From: Octopus sinensis
Taxonomy: Eukaryota
Length of the DNA: 64,000 nt
Assembly: GCF_006345805.1 (NCBI RefSeq)
Contig: NC_043014.1
Span: 11,222,001-11,286,000 of the forward strand
Reading direction: 5' to 3'
Positions 35,965 through 48,620 of the stretch are shown here, piece by piece. Both the position numbers and the translations under genes were made by a program. Under the pieces are notes generated by a model, which worked only from the letters and a program-made list of their open reading frames with translations, ran no database searches and was not told the DNA's origin. The first letter of the stretch is position 1, and every line of letters starts with the position of its first letter.

Positions 35965-36186
35965 CCCTTTCTTTACCAACCCAGCTGAAACTGGCTCTGG
36001 CTCTGTAGTACAAATGTCTTGTTTTCATAAATTTTGAATTAAAATCTTTCACCAAACCTTAGTCACAATTTATGTTCCTAACACTAGCTGAATGATAACT
36101 AAGTTATTTTACTAAATTTTTTTGTTATATTTAAAGTAATTGAAAGACATACAGAGCATCTCAAAATAAATACAGTAACGAAAGGG
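35965..36186 (+). mobile_element. MITE family 1
   Basis: TTAA 35961-35964 and 36187-36190. Confidence 0.93.
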
Positions 36187-36361
36187 TTAATGACTTATGG
36201 GCATATTATAGCTGCACAATGAAATACCACGTACCTACAAGTCGTTAATATTTACAAATTGGCAGAGCCATTAGCAAACCAGCCAAAAAGCTTAATGGCA
36301 TTTCATGGCTTCATGTTTTGAGTTCAAATTCAGTCAAGGTTGAGGTTTGCCTTACATTTAA

Positions 36362-36555
36362 ACTGTGCCAGTGGCATGTAAAAAGCACCCACTACACTCA
36401 TGGAGTGGTTGGCGTTAGGAAGGGCATCCAGCTGTAGAAACACTGCCAGATCAAACTGGAGCCTGGTGCAGCCTCCTGGCATACCAGACCCTGGTTGAAC
36501 CGTCCAACCCGTGCTAGCATGGAAAACGGATGTTAAACGATGATGATGATGATAC
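36362..36555 (+). mobile_element. RTE 3' tail element
   Basis: Consensus tail with (gat)n. Confidence 0.85.
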
Positions 36556-36667
36556 CAGCTTCCAGGAATGCATTTCATATGTAAAATTGGCATATTCAAT
36601 AGCTATATACAGCTGTATATATAGTGGGTATTTAAGCAATGCATTCAAGGATGATTAATGGGTTAGA

Positions 36668-36712
36668 TGGGTGCTGATGAAGCGGGGAAAACCCCCTGAA
36701 ATATGGCACACA
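36668..36712 (+). ncRNA. Decayed hammerhead-like motif
   Basis: tgggtg-CTGATGA-agcgggg[aaaa]ccccct-GAAA-tatg-gcacac; G at the expected cleavage position. Confidence 0.45.
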
Positions 36713-36775
36713 TGCCCATTGCCCATTTTTCATCTTTGATCTCATTATTTGTTTACATCTGATGTTTTGTATACC

Positions 36776-37065
36776 AGTGCTTCTCAAACTATTTCATGTG
36801 ACATGCCAGCAGTTATTTACCCGAATTTGCCAGGGACCGGTAATGTTTCTTAGTAATATTAATTTATACTGGAAACAATATATATAATGAATATAATAAA
36901 AGTTGACGATTTTTTTGTATTTTATATATATTTTGTAAACAAATAATACAATATTACATAAGCACTTTATAAAATATCTTTCTTTTCTGGAAACTTGCCG
37001 CGTATCGGCAACTGATGGCTCGTGGACCGGCACCGGTCCATAGACCACCACTTTGAGTAGCACTG
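36776..37065. mobile_element. hAT-type (Charlie-like) MITE
   Basis: TIR cagtgcttctcaaa / tttgagtagcactg; imperfect 8-bp flanks ttgtatac / gtgtatat; a 5' portion recurs at 58540-58778. Confidence 0.8.
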
Positions 37066-37079
37066 GTGTATATGAAACA

Positions 37080-37340
37080 GCATCATCATCATCATCATTT
37101 AATGCCCGCATTCCATGCTGGCATGGGTTGGACAGTTTGACTGAGGACTGGTGAACCAAATGGCTGTGCCAGGCTCCAATCTGATCTGGCAGAGTTTCTA
37201 CAGCTGGATGCCCTTCCTAATGCCAACCACTCCGAGAGTGTAGTAGGTGCTTTAACGTGCCACTGGCACGAGGGCCAGTCTGGTGGTGGCAACGGCCACG
37301 CTCAAAATGGTGTTTTTTTATGTGCCACCTGCACAGGCTA
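37080..37340 (-). mobile_element. RTE 3' tail element
   Basis: (cat)n tail at 37081-37097. Confidence 0.85.
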
Positions 37341-37759
37341 AACATAGCAACAAAAATCGGTATTGGCTATAATTTCTATAGACTATCTGAAGAGATAATC
37401 TTAACGAAATAATCTAATCACATGTCTGCAGTACTGGAGCTACAAACTCTCAATGAGTCTCTGTAACGAGTAATCAATGAAGACTATACACTCACAATGC
37501 AGCACTTAAACAAGGAAGCACTGAGATGTAGAGCAGTAAACTGACTTTGTTACTGCTTGTACAACACCATCTGTGCACCTGAAACCTGGGCTGTGGAGTC
37601 CGAACAAAAATCTTCGACCGACTCCTGTACTAGTGGCACTTCCGACTCTGACTCCTCCTTATGTAATTTAGTGATTGTGGTCTACATATCTAATAAAGGA
37701 TATGCATACGCTTGTACTTTGAAGAAGCCTATATGTTAAAGAATAAAGACATGGTGAGT

Positions 37760-37799
<40 letters not shown>

Positions 37800-37806
<7 letters not shown>

Positions 37807-38046
37807 TAATCCAAACGGGAAAACAGAAAAAACAACAACACGTGGAACAATTACAGAATTATTATTATTAGGCGCTCAGGAAAATGGAAGAAGGAGGGTA
37901 TGACGTTTTGAGCGGAGCTCTTCGTCGGAAACATAGAAGAAAGAAAGATCCCGAGACGGGAGGACAGAGGAAAAAAAAATTGCAGGTAGTCTTCACAAGG
38001 TCACATACTGAAAAGACGGAAGTAGTATTTTTTTTCACAGTGAACG

Positions 38047-38050
<4 letters not shown>
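37800..38050 (-). mobile_element. Penelope pLTR-type repeat with an inactivated hammerhead
   Basis: Shares ggcgctcagg block with 56870-56960; minus strand ccgacga-a-gagc tcc gctc-aaaac-gtc. Confidence 0.6.
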
Positions 38051-38080
<30 letters not shown>

Positions 38081-38844
38081 TATGTATAGAGATATATAAC
38101 TGTATAGGGTACAATAATACTTAAGTAGAATTGTTCCCAGTATAACAGTTATATATCTCTATAAATGTATTTAACCTAAAAGTCTTTATATGCTGGCCAC
38201 TGATAAAATTCATTAATTTTAATGATTTTTATCTTCTAATTATTGTTTTATACATATATAAATCTAATTTTATTTTTGGATCTTCTATATATATGAAGAA
38301 TTTTCCTCCGTCTGGCTGCTTTTTTTCTTGTCTCTACAAAACGGAAAGTTGCATTATGGAACAGTAATTTTAACGAGTTTTTTTTATTTATTTATCACGT
38401 TATACGTCTGCACCACCAGATACTCCTGAACCAGTTTTTGTGTGTCCCACAAGAGGAATCAATGCTAGATGTGATGAAACAATTGTTGTGATTAATAATA
38501 TATTCTCGTATATTCCATCTTCTGTCTTTCATTTGTTTTATAGATATATATATATATATAATATTATAAACGAAAGATGAAACATGGAAGATACTAGAAT
38601 TTTTATTAATCACTACAATTGTTTCAACACATTTAGCATTGATCCCTCACAGGTTGGATACTTAACATCTGGTTCAGGAGCACCTGACAGTACAGATGTG
38701 TCTCTTCAGGTAATAAATATATATAACTTGTTAAAATAACAGTTCAGCAATGTATCTTCTTATTTCGTGTAATGAATAGCAGCAAATTAAAGAATATATC
38801 TTCACTTATATAGAAAATCAATAGTAAAACACGAATACTCAGAG

Positions 38845-39192
38845 AGTGCAAACCTCTGCCAAGGTAACACCAATGTCCTCTCAACGATTAGCCAGAGATG
38901 GTTTTTAAAATGAGAATATCTGAAATAAACTCAACTGCTCTCACAAACGAGAATAATAAAAATGAACCCGACCGCTCTCAAAAATTAAGTAAAGTAAACA
39001 GGAAAAATAATCCAGAATCCTTGTCCGGTACCGCGACAACCCCAAAATCTAATCAGTTCATACCAGTCACAAGGGCAAACATTCCTGAAAGTTCCATCTG
39101 GATCCATCCAACGGTTCTTGAGATATATTTTCCACGGACAAACAAACATGACTGAAAACAATACCGCCGCCTTCGCTAAGGTGGAGGTCATA
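38845..39192 (-). mobile_element. Non-autonomous DNA element with subterminal inverted repeats (possibly Crypton-type)
   Basis: acctctgccaagg near the left end and ccttcgctaaggtggaggtcataa at the right; resembles the widespread ttattacctccgccaaggaggttatgtttt family (recall); classification uncertain. Confidence 0.45.
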
Positions 39193-39684
39193 ACATATAT
39201 ACACATATATACAACTTGGTGTGTGTCTAGGCCATAAATCAACATTTCACATGATTGTTATGCATTATGTTTTCTAGGCCAACATTACGCTGCCACACCT
39301 GTCTGTTACCGCCCCCACTGGCCCGTTGAAATCTACTTCAAATCTGTAGAGATAAAAGTCACTTATTTCTTCCTTTCATCGCCGAAAGAAAATAGCAGTT
39401 TTGCCCACTTGATATCATCATCATCATCATCATCATTTTAACATCCACTTTTCCATGCTCACAAGGTTCTGATGGAATTTTACAGAAGTGGATTTTCATT
39501 GGCTGGAGGCCCTTTCTGTTGTCAACCCTCACCTGTAAAATAATGTTACCCCATGAGCAGATAGGTCTTCATAAAAGACAGGAAATTAAGGACACTGGCA
39601 CAAAAGCTGCAAACCCATTATTTACTCCAAAACCGTAAGCAACAAGGTCTGGAGCAAAACCCAAGTTGACCTCAATCTGTGTAG

Positions 39685-39824
39685 TGAGAAGCTTGCTTCC
39701 CAACCACATGGATCTGGGTTCAGTCCCACTGCGTGGCATCTAGGAAAAGTGTCTTTTACTATAGCCGCAGGCCAACCAAAGCCTTGTGAGTGGATTTGGT
39801 AGATGGAAACTGAAAGAAGCCCAT

Positions 39825-39855
<31 letters not shown>

Positions 39856-40562
39856 CTTTGTGTCTATGCTTGAATCCCCACTACCACCACCATCACCATC
39901 ATCACTTGACAACCAACATCAATGTGTTTACATCCCTGTAACTTGGTTTAGCAAGAGGCCTATAGACTAAGTATTAGGCTTACAAAGAATAAGTCCTGGG
40001 GTCGATGTCTTCGACTAAAAAACCCCTTTAAGACAGTGCTCAAACATAGACACTGTCATATGACTGAAACAATTAACAAAACCATATATTATCATCCTTT
40101 AACGTCCATTTTCCATGCTGGCATGGGTTAGGATGGTTTGACCAGAGCTGGCAAGCTGGGAATCTGTACCAGTTTCCAGTCTGATTTGGCTTGAGTTCTA
40201 AGGTTGGATGCCTTTCCTAATGCCAACCACTTCATAGTATGTGCTGGGTGCCTTTTAATGTACCACTGGCATGAGCACCTCAACAAACACCAAACAAACA
40301 CACAAATCTTTTTTTATATTTGTTTCTGCCAAAACCACCAACCGATCGTGGCCGTTGCCAGCCTCCTCTGGCACCTGTGCCTGTGGCACGTAAAAAGCAC
40401 CCACTACACTCACGGAGTGGTTGGCATTAGGAAGGGCATCAAGCTGTAGAAACACTGCCAGATAAGACTGGGGCCTGGTGCAGCCTCCTGGCTTCCCAGA
40501 CCCCAGTTGAACCGTCCAACTCATGCTAGCATGGAAAACAGACGTTAAATGATGATGATGAT
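39685..40562. mobile_element. Family A SINE (39685-40075, +) and two RTE tails (40085-40270, -; 40340-40562, +)
   Basis: Matches to internal copies. Confidence 0.8.
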
Positions 40563-40844
40563 TGTGCTGTGGTCATGAAGGGTTTAGTTGAATAAATCAA
40601 AACAAGTACTTATTTTTTAAGCCTAGTACCTATTCTATCAGTCGCTTTTGCCCAACTGCTGAGTTATATATTTGGCAGACACTGTTCTTTTTCCTTTTCT
40701 ATTCTAGGAATTACTGGTACTTATATATGTAATACAAAAACCATTTACATATGTGTATACATTCTCATAATTGTTTAAAATAAATAGACATAATATAATG
40801 TCTAACAGTTGATGTATACTATTTCTCTATCCCCTCCACTTTCT

Positions 40845-41222
<378 letters not shown>

Positions 41223-41302
41223 TCAGAGCAACCACATAAATGTGAAACAAGGTGGAATAAATAGTACTCAAATTCCGGAGGTAGAGTAATATGCTTTATT
41301 TA

Positions 41303-41505
41303 TATTAATAAAACTGCTAAGATATCACAAAAATTGTTACTCAGAGTTTCATGTCACTGTTTATCGGACAGTTTTGGTTTAGAATGGAACAAAATATGGT
41401 TATATAACTATATTTTGTTCCGTTCTAAACCAAAACTCTCCAACGAACAGGAACATGAAACTCTGAGTAACAGTTTCTGTGATGTCTTTGCAGCTTTATT
41501 AATAA
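41303..41505. repeat. ~200-bp palindrome of Penelope-pLTR-like sequence, each arm with a decayed hammerhead
   Basis: Arms ~100 bp, centre ~41403; aaaactgt-ccgataa...GAAAC-tctgagta-acaa (minus arm) and aaaactct-ccaacga...GAAAC-tctgagta-acagttt (plus arm). Confidence 0.85.
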
Positions 41506-41529
41506 GGTATATATATATATATATAAATC

Positions 41530-41992
41530 AAATTTGATGACTGGCATCCGTGCTAGAGGAGCACTAAGAGACCATCCGAGCATGATCTTTGCCAGAGCGG
41601 TTAACTGGCTTCCGTGCCAGTGACACGTAAAAAGCATCATTCGAGCGTGATTATTACCAGTGTCGCCTTACTGGCACTTGTGCCGGTGGCATGTGAAAAA
41701 ACATTCAAGCGAGTTTGTTGCCAGTGCCACTGGACTAGCTCCTGTGCAGGTGGCACGTAAAAACCATTTGAGCGTGGCCGTTGCCAGTACCGCCTTGCTG
41801 GCCCTCGTGCCAGTGACACGTAAAAGCACCCACTACACTCTTGGAGTGGTTGGCGTTAGGAAGGGCATCTAGCTGTAGAAACTCTGCCAGATCAGATTGG
41901 AGCCTGGTGCAGCCATCTGGTTTGCCAGTAATCAGTCAAATCGTCCGACCCATGCTAGCATGGAAAGTGGACGTTAAACAATGATGATGATA
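41530..41992 (+). mobile_element. RTE 3' UTR with degenerate units and tail
   Basis: As 33195-33590. Confidence 0.85.
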
Positions 41993-42179
41993 TATACATA
42001 CACCAGCCCATTAAAAGATCAGTTTATACAGAACCTTAGTTCTGACTACCCCCCTTGTACAGCTCAGACTTGTAGGTCATTTATCGACATCACCTACAAT
42101 TCCTTGAGCAACAGCATCAGCCTTCACATCATCCTTAGCATCTGCTAAAGTGGCTTTGTCACTAGTAACACAGTCCCAG

Positions 42180-42575
42180 AGCAGGCAAATGTCACCAGTA
42201 CTGAAGCAACTCTGCTGAAGACACTGCTACACTGGACAGGACACTTCACTGAGAAGGAAGATCAATTTCCCAAGATCATGCTATATGACAAATTCTCTTC
42301 TGGTCAATGTGATAAAGGAACACCAAAGGAGTCCAAAGACCCCCTAAAGAAATCCTTTGGTTCCAACCACAGTGACCATTACCAGTGGTCAGTTCTTGCA
42401 GCTGACCATGAAACCTGGCATCTCAACGTCCAATGAGTAGCAGCCTCCTTTGAAGATACCCACAGGACCATCCTTGGAGATGAAAGAAAAAGGAGGAAAA
42501 ACAAGGACACTGTGACCAGCCCTGATCTGTCTGCTTTCACATATCACATTCATCAGGTCTCAGTAAGCTTGCAAC
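42180..42575 (+). pseudogene. RTE-BovB-like ORF2 C-terminal fragment
   Basis: QFPKIMLYDKFSSGQCDKGTPKE...LKKSF...DHYQWSVLAADHETWH. Confidence 0.8.
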
Positions 42576-42607
42576 AGACATGGTCATCTCACTTTTAGAA
42601 ATTTTCA

Positions 42608-43225
42608 GTCATCCAGCTGTAGAAACTCTGCCAGATCAGATTGGAGCCAGGTGCAGCCATCTGGCTTGACAGTCCTCAGTCAAACCATCCAACTCAAACC
42701 AGCATGGAAAGCGGACGTTAACGATGATGATGATGATGATATACACACACACAGACATACATTCACATACAATATGCCTATATATATATATATAAGAAAA
42801 ATATAGGCATAGGAGAAGCTGTGTGGTAAGTAGCTTGCTTACCAACCACATGGTTCCGGGTTCAGTCCCACTGCGTGGCATCTTGGGCAAGTGTCTTCTA
42901 CAAGAGCCTCGGGCTGACCAAAGCCTTGTGAGTGGATTTGGTAGACGGAAACTGAAAGAAGCCTGTTGTATATGTGTGTATATATATATATGTACATATG
43001 TATGTGTGTTTATGTTTGTGTGTCTGTGTTTGTCCTACCAACATCACTTGACAACCAATGCAGGTGTGTTTACATCCTCGTAACTTAGCGGTTCAGCAAA
43101 AGAGACCGATAGAATAAATACTAGGCTTACAAAGAATAAGTCCTGGGGTGATATTTGCTCAATTAAAGGTGGTGCTCCAGCATGGCCACAGTCAAATGAC
43201 TGAAACAAGTAAATGAGTAAAAGAG
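42608..43225 (+). mobile_element. RTE tail (42608-42740) and family A SINE (42810-43225)
   Basis: Matches to internal copies. Confidence 0.88.
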
Positions 43226-43535
43226 TATATACACACACATACATACATTCACCTACAGTGCATGAGTGTGTGTATATATATATATATATAAATAAAAGTT
43301 CAAATAAAGGTTACAAACCTCATTAAGGGATAATAAAAGCCAATGAATATACTGGTTTATTAATTATTACAAAAGTGTTGAATATTACAATTAATATTCA
43401 AGTTTAAGGTAACTGGGTAAACCAGGGGTTTATGAATCGGAACAGCTGTCAGAGATGATGTCCTATTTTATAATTAATAAATAATTATTAATTTAATTAT
43501 CTCTCTGTTTTCTAATTTTCTTTTATATATATATA

Positions 43536-43931
43536 CTAGCAGTATAGCCCGGCGTTGCTTGGGTTTGTAAGGGAAATAACTATATAAGCATTTTTAGAGA
43601 TGTAAAGTATAATAGCCATCTCAATATGGCTAACCACAAAGGGGGGTGTTACTGTAGCTTTTTACTTTCTGAGATTTAATAATACATTTTTAGAGAGTTA
43701 CTTCCCTTATATAATTGCAAAAAAAATGCATTAAAAATAGGGAAAAATTATGGTAAATTTTTTTTTAAATTGTAGACTCATCGTAGATGCACGCTAATAC
43801 CCAGAAGGGCTCAATATGAATCACGACTATAAGATACCCGGTTTTGGTTAAACTGCACCGCAAAATGTGGGAGTAGTTAGGAATCTAAATCGTAGGAGAC
43901 AGACACACAACTTCACTTTTATACATAAAGA
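43536..43931 (-). mobile_element. Short non-autonomous Helitron
   Basis: CTAG 43536-43539 plus hairpin; TC start at 43931 within a (TA)n tract. Confidence 0.9.
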
Positions 43932-44014
43932 TATATATATATATATATAGATAGATATGGATGGATGGATGGATGGATGGATACAAAGAGAGGTAGACTG
44001 ACAAATAGACAGAC

Positions 44015-44109
<95 letters not shown>

Positions 44110-44180
44110 CAAACAGACAGATAGTGAGATAGATACATACATACAGATAGATAAATAGATAGATAAACAGACAGACATAG
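43932..44180. repeat. (GATA)n/(GATG)n microsatellite
   Basis: Direct reading. Confidence 0.95.
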
Positions 44181-44184
44181 ATAG

Positions 44185-44715
44185 GTTTCACATAAAAAGC
44201 ACAATTCCCAGTGCCACGTATAAAGTGCAAGTGTCAGGTGTAAAGCATTGGCGGTGGTGCCACATAAAAAGCGCCCCATACACTTTGTAAAGTGGTTGAT
44301 GTTAGGAAGGGCATCCAGTCACAGGAACCATGCCAAAACAGACAAATTGAAGCCCAGGCAGCTCTCCAGCTGGCTACCTCTTATCAAAGCGTCCAACCCA
44401 TGACAGCATGGAGAACAGACGTTAAATGAAGATGATGATGATTTCTGTGTAGGCATGGCTGTACAGTTAAGAAGCTCGCTTTACAACTACGTGGTTTCGG
44501 GTTCAATCCTACATGCCACCTTGGACAAATGTCTAATATAGCTCCAGGCTGCTTGATGCCTAATCAGTAAATTTGGTAACGGGAATTATGTGAAAATCCG
44601 TCATATGGTTGGCAAAAGGTAACGGTTAGTCTACATGCTTGCCTGTAACTTAGCGGTTCGGTAAAGAGATCGATAAAATAAAAACCATACTTTAAAAAAC
44701 GTATGCAGTGGGTCA
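44185..44715 (+). mobile_element. RTE tail (44185-44445) and a diverged family A SINE (44450-44715)
   Basis: Matches to internal copies. Confidence 0.7.
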
Positions 44716-45216
44716 GTTTTTTTTTTTTTCTTGTGCCATGGATTGGTCGTAGCACGACTATAACGAGAAGACGGAAAATAAAGCATACACTGTACACTTA
44801 GATCGCCAGTATGCTCGATAAACATCAAGTGATTGCTACACGAAGAGATCGGGTTTCGTATCAAGAAAGAATATAAACTCTTAATGAAATCTACGGAAGA
44901 ATCAGCTGTCTTTACGTATGTGTGCATGCGCGCGCGTATGCATAGAGTGGTCACTCTTAAAAAGACCTTCAGGTCGAAACGGCCTTTGTATGACCTCTTG
45001 AATATAAAAAAAAAAATATATATATATATTAATAACTTTACATTCGTACCTTATACAGAATACCAAATCTGAAAATACTTCGTTCGAATCCAATCAACGT
45101 AAAAAAAAAGCGCACACACACACTATATATATATAAAGCAGATACTATATGTATGTAGTATGCAATGGGGCCGATTTTTATTCTCATGTGCCCTGGACTG
45201 GTTGCAGTAAAAGACC

Positions 45217-45274
<58 letters not shown>

Positions 45275-46859
45275 CACAAACACAGACCATGGTGCTTTAG
45301 CATCAATGAAAACGATTGTTTTTTAAATTGCCAGGGGTTAAATTCGAAGGATATGGATAACTAAGTTTTGCTTCCGTTGTTTAATTAGGTTTAAATGTTG
45401 CCAATAATTATCAGATTAATGAATCCTCCACCACCAACGCAGTAATTTAGAAAAAAAAAAATTATTGGGGTCCCATATGTTAGGAAAGAGTTATAGCCAA
45501 TTTTATTCAGCCACTTCTAGACAGGTTAGAGTTTATCAACATCGTGTGGATGAAAGGTAAAGTTAGTCCCGAGAAGAAAGGTAGTCTTTTTTTTCCGATT
45601 AAGTTCGAATAATACCTTTCGACAATCACGGGGTAGGGGTTTAAATCGACCGTAGTACTTTACTGATATTTATTTTTGATCGAACCTGGATAAATGAAAG
45701 ACAAAAACGTCTCGGGTGAAATTTGAACTCAGTTGATGCGAAGGAAAAGTAAATAAAATGTTGCGAAGAGGCTTCGTCACTTAATGTCACAAAACAAAAA
45801 CATATATATTCTATTTGTGACGAGTTGTTTCTCGAAGTCCCATAAGCAAGTGGATAGTAAGAGACATCAGAGTTAAAACTGCGTACTAAGTACGAACTAT
45901 TTCCATGCAGAACATTTTGGGAGGACGAGACAGTGATGGAATACGAACCCTATATCCTTTGGTCAGTAGTCTGAGTGACACCGCACTAACTAGGTCAGCT
46001 GCAGCTGTCATTAGCAAATGTAGTTCGCGGTAAATGGGAGAAAGAGTTTGTCCACTGCATATACTGATGGCCAGTAGGCAAACCACAAGCATTCGTTTCT
46101 GAGATTATGAATTGATATCACAATGAAACGACCGTCTCTGCTTATTTTCTTCTTAAATATTTAGTCACTGATCTTATGATTTTGTAATGTGAATAAAAAG
46201 TTTTATTTCGTTTTTGTTTTTTTCCGAAATTTACCAAATAAAAAAAACTGATAAATTTCAATCGTATTATTGAAGAATGCGAACGAGAGATAATAATAAT
46301 AATAATATAAAGCTGTATACGCTTGCTAAACAAAAGAACTGTTCTTTTGTGGCTCTTGACTTCAGGTCACTTTTATGTAATAATAATAATGATGATAATA
46401 ATGATAATAATAAAACAGAACCAAAAAGACAAATTGTCAACAGAAAGTGCCACGAAAAGAATATGAAAAAGGCCAGGACTTGGCGCTTATTCTAATCTAA
46501 CACAGAAAAATGTGGAATAACAACAATGAACATGAAATTGACAAACAGATCTGAAGCATGCAGTTTTGAAATCTGATCGTTTTTAGTTAGCCACTAAAGC
46601 GATTACAAGGCATAGAGAGAGACAGAGAGAGAGAAGACGATGAAGAAGAAAAAAAATCGAATGCAAATGGACTGCAATATATATTTGAAAATGGTAGCAG
46701 GCGAAGAAGGGAAAAAAAAGATATTGAACAACTCTCTCTGTATATATATATACAACAGTAATAGAACCGAACTGGTGGTGGAAGTTGATACATCATATAT
46801 ATATATCATATGCACGGGCATATCGATGATTCAATTATAATAGGGAATTCCAATTAGTG

Positions 46860-46978
46860 TGTGTGTATATATATATTATATATATATATATTTGAAGTTC
46901 TTCTTTAAAATTGCATTGCGTAAGATTAACCAAATATTTTAAAGAACTTTTATATATATATATACATATATATATATA

Positions 46979-47017
<39 letters not shown>

Positions 47018-47043
47018 TATTATTATATATATAATATATATAC

Positions 47044-47109
<66 letters not shown>

Positions 47110-47437
47110 TATACATATATATATAACATATATATATATAATATATATATAATATATATATATACACATATATATATATACATATATATATATGTATAAT
47201 CTGGTGTTTCGTTTTAAGTGGAAGAGAAAATATGGAAACAATAAATCTAAATACTAACAATGGTTTGTTTATAATGATGATGATGATAACGATGATTTTA
47301 TTTATTTATCATTATTATTATTATTATATTATTGGCAATAGTGATGCTGATGATAATAGTATAGAATAACGTGATTTAATATCGATACTTAATATATATA
47401 CTTCAGCATTTCTATCATAAAATGACCACACACACAG

Positions 47438-47469
<32 letters not shown>

Positions 47470-47829
47470 CACACACACACTTCATCAAATATAGAAATGT
47501 CTTTTCTTTTCCTTTTTCTTTTTTCATCTAAAAGAGATATGGTCAGTTGCGTATTTGTATTTATGTATGTCAAAAGTGCTGGGAATGAAAATATTCAAAA
47601 CGTGTTTAAAGCAAACGAAAATAATAAACCTTTTTTACATATTTAAGTTTAGCAGAGGCTGACCAGGTTTTTCGAAATTAAAGCCTTTAAGTTTGACCAA
47701 GAATCGATAGTCTTCACGCTAGAATGATTGCAATACTGTAGAATTACATATATACACACAATATATACATATATATATATATATAGATATATATATATAT
47801 ATATATATATAATACATATATATATATAT

Positions 47830-47860
<31 letters not shown>

Positions 47861-47933
47861 ATATATATATATATATACATATATATATACATATATATAT
47901 ACATATATATATACATATATATACATAATATAC

Positions 47934-47995
<62 letters not shown>

Positions 47996-48063
47996 CACAC
48001 ACACATATATATACATATATAATATATATATATAATATATATATATTATATATATACACACAC

Positions 48064-48122
<59 letters not shown>

Positions 48123-48150
48123 TATTTATAATATATATATGTATGTATTT
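46860..48150. repeat. Long (TA)n-rich microsatellites (~46860-47200 and ~47745-48150)
   Basis: Direct reading. Confidence 0.95.
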
Positions 48151-48488
48151 ATAAAGGTGTTATTAATAAGGTATTACGAAAGGACAAGTGGAATATGAAT
48201 GTATATGTGGCTATTTCGTGGCTCAAGTGCGTAGAGGTAAATATATAAATACATCAGAGCGTATAAAATGCGTTGTAACTTATGTGTATAAAAAAAGCCA
48301 GAGATGTGAAGGTTTGTGTTTATTGTATGTGTGTGAGACTCTGTCCTTTTCAGACGGTCAAGTCGCGGTTACAACAAACACGAAAACCGTGTGTTGAGTA
48401 GGTATATGATAAGATCAGATCCAGAGTTCTAGCAGCGAAAGGGGAAGATGTCTTGGGAATAGAGTTTGTGGCGGCTAACAAAATAAAC

Positions 48489-48620
48489 ACTCACCATACA
48501 TATAATGAACTCCGGGCCTTCGCCATCAGACGGTGTAGTTGACAAATTACACGGTGTTAGAGGAATGTGTAAACGGAAAATAAAATTTCCGGTGGGGAAT
48601 TTTAACAGTTTGAAAATTAA
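48489..48620 (-). other. Candidate 5' exon end with a strong splice donor
   Basis: Minus strand ATGGCGAAGGCCCGGAGTTCATTATATGTATG|GTGAGT (exon end 48495) in a SINE-poor, CpG-retaining region. Confidence 0.35.

Noticed and set aside
37340-37750. Possible LTR or host exon
   Set aside because: No paired LTR, clear PBS or recognisable protein motif; left unassigned
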